Assembly (NCBI GenBank): GCA_964016885.1
Contig: OZ024740.1
Coordinates: 3,348,001 to 3,412,000 of the forward strand
DNA: 64,000 bases
Direction: 5' to 3'
Source: Eledone cirrhosa
Lineage: Eukaryota
The notes beneath the pieces were generated by a model that had not been told where the DNA came from, searched no databases, and was given only the letters and a program-made list of their open reading frames with translations. Positions 55,201 to 64,000 of this stretch are shown here, piece by piece. Each line of letters begins with the position of its first letter. Position 1 is the first letter of the stretch. A program made the translations under genes and the position numbers.

Positions 55201-58200
55201 CACTGGTGCTAAATAAACTATTACTGGTGCTAAATAAACTATTACTGGTACTAAATAAACGATAACTGGTGCTAAATAACCCATCACTGGTGCTAATTAA
55301 ACTATCACTGGTGCTAAATAAAATATCACTGGTACTAAATAAACTATCACTGGTACTAAATAAACTATCACTGGTACAAAATAAACTATCACTGGTACTA
55401 AATAAACTATCACCGGTACTAAATAAACTATCACTGGTACTAAATAAACTATCACTGGTACTAAATCAACTATCACCGGTACTAAATAAACTATCACTTG
55501 TACTAAATAAACTATCACTGGTACTAAATAAACTATCACTGGTGCTAAATAAACCATCACCGGTACTAAATAAACTATCACTTTGTGCTAAATAAACTAT
55601 CACTGGTACTAAATAAACTATTACTGGTACTAAATAAACTATCACTGGTACTAAATAAACTATCACTTTGTGCTAAATAAACTATCACTGGTACTAAATA
55701 AACTATCACTTTGTGCTAAATAAACTATCACTGGTACTAAATAAACTATCACTGGTACTAAATAAACTATCACTTTGTGCTAAATAAACTATCACTGGTA
55801 CTAAATAAACTATTACTGGTACTAAATAAACTATCACTGGTACTAAATAAACTATCACTTTGTGCTAAATAAACTATCACTGGTACTAAATAAACTATCA
55901 CTGGTACTAAATAAACTATCACTGGTGCTACATAAACCATCACTTGTGCTAAATAAACTATTACTAGTGCTAAATAAACTATTACTGGTACTAAATAAAG
56001 GATCACTTGTGCTAAATAAACCATCACTGGTGCTAAATAAACTATTACTGGTGCTAAATAAACTATCACTGGTGCTGAATAAACTATCACTGGCGCTAAA
56101 TAAACTATCACCGGTATTAAATAAACTATCACTGGTACTAAATAAACTATCACTGGTACTAAATAAACTATCACTTTGTGCTAAATAAACTATCACTGGT
56201 ACTAAATAAACTATTACTGGTGCTAAATAAACTATTACTGGTACTAAATAAACTATTACTGGTACTAAATAAACTATTACTGGTACTAAATAAACGATCA
56301 CTGGTACTAAATAAACTATCACTTTGTGCTAAATAAACTATCACTGGTACTAAATAAACTATCACTTTGTGCTAAATACACTATCACTGGTACTAAATAA
56401 ACTATTACTGGTGCTAAATAAACTATTACTGGTGCTGAATAAACTATCACTGGTGCAAAATAAACCATCTCTAGTGCTAAATAAACTATCACTGGTGCTA
56501 AATAAACTATTACTGGTACTAAATAAACTATTACTGGTGCTAAATAAACTATTACTGGTACTAAATAAACGATAACTGGTGCTAAATAACCCATCACTGG
56601 TGCTAAATAAACTATCACTGGTGCTAAATAAAATATCACTGGTACTAAATAAACTATCACTGGTACTAAATAAACTATCACTGGTACTAAATAAACTATC
56701 ACTGGTACTAAATAAACTATCACCGGTACTAAATAAACTATCACTGGTACTAAATAAACTATCACTGGTACTAAATAAACTATCACCGGTACTAAATAAA
56801 CTATCACTTGTACTAAATAAACTATCACCTGTACTAAATAAACTATCACTGGTGCTAAATAAACCATCACCCGTACTAAATAAACTATCACTTGTACTAA
56901 ATAAACTATCACTGGTACTAAATAAACTATCACTGGTGCTAAATAAACCATCACCGGTACTAAATAAACTATCACTGGTACTAAATAAACTATCACTGGT
57001 ACTAAATAAACTATCACTTTGTGCTAAATAAACTATCACTGGTACTAAATAAACTATTACTGGTACTAAATAAACTATCACTGGTACTAAATAAACTATC
57101 ACTTTGTGCTAAATAAACTATCACTGGTACTAAATAAACTATCACTGGTACTAAATAAACTATCACTTTGTGCTAAATAAACTATCACTGGTACTAAATA
57201 AACTATTACTGGTACTAAATAAACTATCACTGGTACTAAATAAACTATCACTTTGTGCTAAATAAACTATCACTGGTACTAAATAAACTATCACTGGTAC
57301 TAAATAAACTATCACTGGTGCTACATAAACCATCACTTGTGCTAAATAAACTATTACTAGTGCTAAATAAACTATTACTGGTACTAAATAAAGGATCACT
57401 TGTGCTAAATAAACCATCACTGGTGCTAAATAAACTATTACTGGTGCTAAATAAACTATCACTGGTGCTGAATAAACTATCACTGGCGCTAAATAAACTA
57501 TCACCGGTATTAAATAAACTATCACTGGTACTAAATAAACTATCACTGGTACTAAATAAACTATCACTTTGTGCTAAATAAACTATCACTGGTACTAAAT
57601 AAACTATTACTGGTGCTAAATAAACTATTACTGGTACTAAATAAACTATTACTGGTACTAAATAAACTATTACTGGTACTAAATAAACGATCACTGGTAC
57701 TAAATAAACTATCACTTTGTGCTAAATAAACTATCACTGGTACTAAATAAACTATCACTTTGTGCTAAATACACTATCACTGGTACTAAATAAACTATTA
57801 CTGGTGCTAAATAAACTATTACTGGTGCTGAATAAACTATCACTGGTGCAAAATAAACCATCTCTAGTGCTAAATAAACTATCACTGGTGCTAAATAAAC
57901 TATTACTGGTACTAAATAAACTATTACTGGTGCTAAATAAACTATTACTGGTACTAAATAAACGATAACTGGTGCTAAATAACCCATCACTGGTGCTAAA
58001 TAAACTATCACTGGTGCTAAATAAAATATCACTGGTACTAAATAAACTATCACTGGTACTAAATAAACTATCACTGGTACTAAATAAACTATCACTGGTA
58101 CTAAATAAACTATCACCGGTACTAAATAAACTATCACTGGTACTAAATAAACTATCACTGGTACTAAATAAACTATCACCAGTACTAAATAAACTATCAC

Positions 58201-61200
58201 TTGTACTAAATAAACTATCACCTGTACTAAATAAACTATCACTGGTGCTAAATAAACCATCACCCGTACTAAATAAACTATCACTTGTACTAAATAAACT
58301 ATCACTGGTACTAAATAAACTATCACTGGTGCTAAATAAACCATCACCGGTACTAAATAAACTATCACTGGTACTAAATAAACTATCACTGGTACTAAAT
58401 AAACTATCACTTTGTGCTAAATAAACTATCACTGGTACTAAATAAACTATTACTGGTACTAAATAAACTATCACTGGTACTAAATAAACTATCACTTTGT
58501 GCTAAATAAACTATCACTGGTACTAAATAAACTATCACTGATACTAAATAAACTATCACTGGTGCTAAATAAACTATCACTGGTACTAAATAAACTATCA
58601 CCGGTAGTAAATAAACTATCACTTGTACTAAATAAACTATTACTGGTGCTAAATAAACTATTACTGGTGCTAAATAAACTATTACTGGTACTAAATAAAC
58701 TATTACTGGTGCTAAAAAAACTATTACTGGTGCTAAATAAACTATTACTGGTACTAAATAAACGATAACTGGTGCTACATAACCCATCACTGGTGCTAAA
58801 TAAACTATCACTGGTGCTAAATAAAATATCACTGGTACTAAATAAACTATCACTTTGTGCTAAATACACTATCACTGGTACTAAATAAACTATTACTGGT
58901 GCTAAATAAACTATTACTGGTGCTGAATAAACTATCACTGGTGCAAAATAAACCATCTCTAGTGCTAAATAAACTATCACTGGTGCTAAATAAACTATTA
59001 CTGGTACTAAATAAACTATTACTGGTGCTAAATAAACTATTACTGGTACTAAATAAACGATAACTGGTGCTAAATAACCCATCACTGGTGCTAAATAAAC
59101 TATCACTGGTGCTAAATAAAATATCACTGGTACTAAATAAACTATCACTGGTACTAAATAAACTATCACTGGTACTAAATAAACTATCACTGGTACTAAA
59201 TAAACTATCACCGGTACTAAATAAACTATCACTGGTACTAAATAAACTATCACTGGTACTAAATAAACTATCACCAGTACTAAATAAACTATCACTTGTA
59301 CTAAATAAACTATCACCTGTACTAAATAAACTATCACTGGTGCTAAATAAACCATCACCCGTACTAAATAAACTATCACTTGTACTAAATAAACTATCAC
59401 TGGTACTAAATAAACTATCACTGGTGCTAAATAAACCATCACCGGTACTAAATAAACTATCACTGGTACTAAATAAACTATCACTGGTACTAAATAAACT
59501 ATCACTTTGTGCTAAATAAACTATCACTGGTACTAAATAAACTATTACTGGTACTAAATAAACTATCACTGGTACTAAATAAACTATCACTTTGTGCTAA
59601 ATAAACTATCACTGGTACTAAATAAACTATCACTGATACTAAATAAACTATCACTGGTGCTAAATAAACTATCACTGGTACTAAATAAACTATCACCGGT
59701 AGTAAATAAACTATCACTTGTACTAAATAAACTATTACTGGTGCTAAATAAACTATTACTGGTGCTAAATAAACTATTACTGGTACTAAATAAACTATTA
59801 CTGGTGCTAAAAAAACTATTACTGGTGCTAAATAAACTATTACTGGTACTAAATAAACGATAACTGGTGCTACATAACCCATCACTGGTGCTAAATAAAC
59901 TATCACTGGTGCTAAATAAAATATCACTGGTACTAAATAAACTATCACTGGTACTAAATAAACTATCACCGGTACTAAATAAACTATCACTGGTACTAAA
60001 TAAACTATCACTGGTACTAAATCAACTATCACCGGTACTAAATAAACTATCACTTGTACTAAATAAACTATCACTGGTACTAAATAAACTATCACTGGTG
60101 CTAAATAAACCATCACTGGTACTAAATAAACTATCACTGGTACTAAATAAACTATCACTGGTACTAAGTAAACTATCACTTTGTGCTAAATAAACTATCA
60201 CTGGTACTAAATAAACTATTACTGGTACTAAATAAACTATCACTGGTACTAAATAAACTATCACTTTGTGCTAAATAAACTATCACTGGTACTAAATAAA
60301 CTATCACTGGTACTAAATAAACTATCACTGGTGCTACATAAACCATCACTTGTGCTAAATAAACTATTACTAGTGCTAAATAAACTATTACTGGTACTAA
60401 ATAAAGGATCACTTGTGCTAAATAAACCATCACTGGTGCTAAATAAACTATTACTGGTGCTAAATAAACTATCACTGGTGCTGAATAAACTATCACTGGC
60501 GCTAAATAAACTATCACCGGTATTAAATAAACTATCACTGGTACTAAATAAACTATCACTGGTACTAAATAAACTATCACTTTGTGCTAAATAAACTATC
60601 ACTGGTACTAAATAAACTATTACTGGTGCTAAATAAACTATTACTGGTACTAAATAAACTATTACTGGTACTAAATAAACTATTACTGGTATTAAATAAA
60701 CGATCACTGGTACTAAATAAACTATCACTTTGTGCTAAATAAACTATCACTGGTACTAAATAAACTATCACTTTGTGCTAAATACACTATCACTGGTACT
60801 AAATAAACTATTACTGGTGCTAAATAAACTATTACTGGTGCTGAATAAACTATCACTGGTGCAAAATAAACCATCTCTAGTGCTAAATAAACTATCACTG
60901 GTGCTAAATAAACTATTACTGGTACTAAATAAACTATTACTGGTGCTAAATAAACTATTACTGGTACTAAATAAACTATTACTGGTTCTAGATAAACTAT
61001 TACTGGTGCTAAATAAACTATCACTGGTGCTAAATAAACTATTACTGGTGCTAAATAAACTATTACTGGTACTAAATAAACGATAACTGGTGCTAAATAA
61101 CCCATCACTGGTGCTAATTAAACTATCACTGGTGCTAAATAAAATATCACTGGTACTAAATAAACTATCACTGGTACTAAATAAACTATCACTGGTACTA

Positions 61201-64000
61201 AATAAACTATCACTGGTACTAAATCAACTATCACCGGTACTAAATAAACTATCACTTGTACTAAATAAACTATCACTGGTACTAAATAAACTATCACTGG
61301 TGCTAAATAAACCATCACTGGTACTAAATAAACTATCACTGGTACTAAATAAACTATCACTGGTACTAAGTAAACTATCACTTTGTGCTAAATAAACTAT
61401 CACTGGTACTAAATAAACTATTACTGGTACTAAATAAACTATCACTGGTACTAAATAAACTATCACTTTGTGCTAAATAAACTATCACTGGTACTAAATA
61501 AACTATCACTGGTACTAAATAAACTATCACTGGTGCTACATAAACCATCACTTGTGCTAAATAAACTATTACTAGTGCTAAATAAACTATTACTGGTACT
61601 AAATAAAGGATCACTTGTGCTAAATAAACCATCACTGGTGCTAAATAAACTATTACTGGTGCTAAATAAACTATCACTGGTGCTGAATAAACTATCACTG
61701 GCGCTAAATAAACTATCACCGGTATTAAATAAACTATCACTGGTACTAAATAAACTATCACTGGTACTAAATAAACTATCACTTTGTGCTAAATAAACTA
61801 TCACTGGTACTAAATAAACTATTACTGGTGCTAAATAAACTATTACTGGTACTAAATAAACTATTACTGGTACTAAATAAACTATTACTGGTACTAAATA
61901 AACGATCACTGGTACTAAATAAACTATCACTTTGTGCTAAATAAACTATCACTGGTACTAAATAAACGATCACTTTGTGCTAAATACACTATCACTGGTA
62001 CTAAATAAACTATTACTGGTGCTAAATAAACTATTACTGGTGCTGAATAAACTATCACTGGTGCAAAATAAACCATCTCTAGTGCTAAATAAACTATCAC
62101 TGGTGCTAAATAAACTATTACTGGTACTAAATAAACTATTACTGGTGCTAAATAAACTATTACTGGTACTAAATAAACTATTACTGGTTCTAGATAAACT
62201 ATTACTGGTGCTAAATAAACTATCACTGGTGCTAAATAAACTATTACTGGTGCTAAATAAACTATTACTGGTACTAAATAAACGATAACTGGTGCTAAAT
62301 AACCCATCACTGGTGCTAATTAAACTATCACTGGTGCTAAATAAAATATCACTGGTACTAAATAAACTATCACTGGTACTAAATAAACTATCACTGGTAC
62401 TAAATAAACTATCACTGGTACTAAATAAACTATCACCGGTACTAAATAAACTATCACTGGTACTAAATAAACTATCACTGGTACTAAATCAACTATCACC
62501 GGTACTAAATAAACTATCACTTGTACTAAATAAACTATCACTGGTACTAAATAAACTATCACTGGTGCTAAATAAACCATCACCGGTACTAAATAAACTA
62601 TCACTTTGTGCTAAATAAACTATCACTGGTACTAAATAAACTATTACTGGTACTAAATAAACTATCACTGGTACTAAATAAACTATCACTTTGTGCTAAA
62701 TAAACTATCACTGGTACTAAATAAACTATCACTTGTACTAAATAAACTATCACCTGTACTAAATAAACTATCACTGGTGCTAAATAAACCATCACCCGTA
62801 CTAAATAAACTATCACTTGTACTAAATAAACTATCACTGGTACTAAATAAACTATCACTGGTGCTAAATAAACCATCACCGGTACTAAATAAACTATCAC
62901 TGGTACTAAATAAACTATCACTGGTACTAAATAAACTATCACTTTGTGCTAAATAAACTATCACTGGTACTAAATAAACTATTACTGGTACTAAATAAAC
63001 TATCACTGGTACTAAATAAACTATCACTTTGTGCTAAATAAACTATCACTGGTACTAAATAAACTATCACTGATACTAAATAAACTATCACTGGTGCTAA
63101 ATAAACTATCACTGGTACTAAATAAACTATCACCGGTAGTAAATAAACTATCACTTGTACTAAATAAACTATTACTGGTGCTAAATAAACTATTACTGGT
63201 GCTAAATAAACTATTACTGGTACTAAATAAACTATTACTGGTGCTAAAAAAACTATTACTGGTGCTAAATAAACTATTACTGGTACTAAATAAACGATAA
63301 CTGGTGCTACATAACCCATCACTGGTGCTAAATAAACTATCACTGGTGCTAAATAAAATATCACTGGTACTAAATAAACTATCACTGGTACTAAATAAAC
63401 TATCACCGGTACTAAATAAACTATCACTGGTACTAAATAAACTATCACTGGTACTAAATCAACTATCACCGGTACTAAATAAACTATCACTTGTACTAAA
63501 TAAACTATCACTGGTACTAAATAAACTATCACTGGTGCTAAATAAACCATCACTGGTACTAAATAAACTATCACTGGTACTAAATAAACTATCACTGGTA
63601 CTAAGTAAACTATCACTTTGTGCTAAATAAACTATCACTGGTACTAAATAAACTATTACTGGTACTAAATAAACTATCACTGGTACTAAATAAACTATCA
63701 CTTTGTGCTAAATAAACTATCACTGGTACTAAATAAACTATCACTGGTACTAAATAAACTATCACTGGTGCTACATAAACCATCACTTGTGCTAAATAAA
63801 CTATTACTAGTGCTAAATAAACTATTACTGGTACTAAATAAAGGATCACTTGTGCTAAATAAACCATCACTGGTGCTAAATAAACTATTACTGGTGCTAA
63901 ATAAACTATCACTGGTGCTGAATAAACTATCACTGGCGCTAAATAAACTATCACCGGTATTAAATAAACTATCACTGGTACTAAATAAACTATCACTGGT
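31262..64000. repeat. Satellite C: 21-bp AT-rich array, consensus CTATCACTGGTRCTAAATAAA, at least 32.7 kb, roughly 1560 copies
   Basis: Period 21 (VLNKLSL / VIVYLVP / FSTSDSL pseudo-translations) with 20-bp (CACTGTACTA) and 22-bp (CACTTTGTGCTA) indel variants. Runs off the right edge. Confidence 0.98.

Noticed and set aside
31281-63996. Leucine-zipper-like (VLNKLSL)n and hydrophobic (VIVYLVP)n ORFs
   Set aside because: The heptad is just the 21-bp period; 20- and 22-bp variants shift frame repeatedly.
1-64000. CRISPR array
   Set aside because: Repeats are head-to-tail with no unique spacers, there are no cas genes, and the context is eukaryotic.

Overview
Eukaryotic (animal-like) repeat-dominated window with no credible intact protein-coding gene, RNA gene or CRISPR array. 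About 94% is tandem repeat: a 42-bp array (1-~3368, open at the left edge), then three abutting arrays: a C/A-rich 21-mer (~7270-9583), a 28-mer (~9591-31267) and an AT-rich 21-mer (~31262-64000, open at the right edge). Almost every ORF in the track is a by-product of these repeats. A ~3.9-kb island (3370-7270) holds a ~760-bp non-autonomous Helitron-like element, microsatellites, a dense hairpin cluster, a probable SINE 3' remnant, a decayed RTE-clade LINE reverse-transcriptase fragment and a degenerate ~124-bp repeat. The most notable observations are: (i) an 18-bp minisatellite that arose in frame inside the RT domain; (ii) three large satellites that share core motifs and join almost seamlessly; (iii) kb-scale higher-order duplications and variant domains within the arrays. 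The SINE/RTE/microsatellite content recalls octopus genomes, but that is from memory and unverified. I did not find convincing evidence of a new gene system. Coordinates were read by eye.
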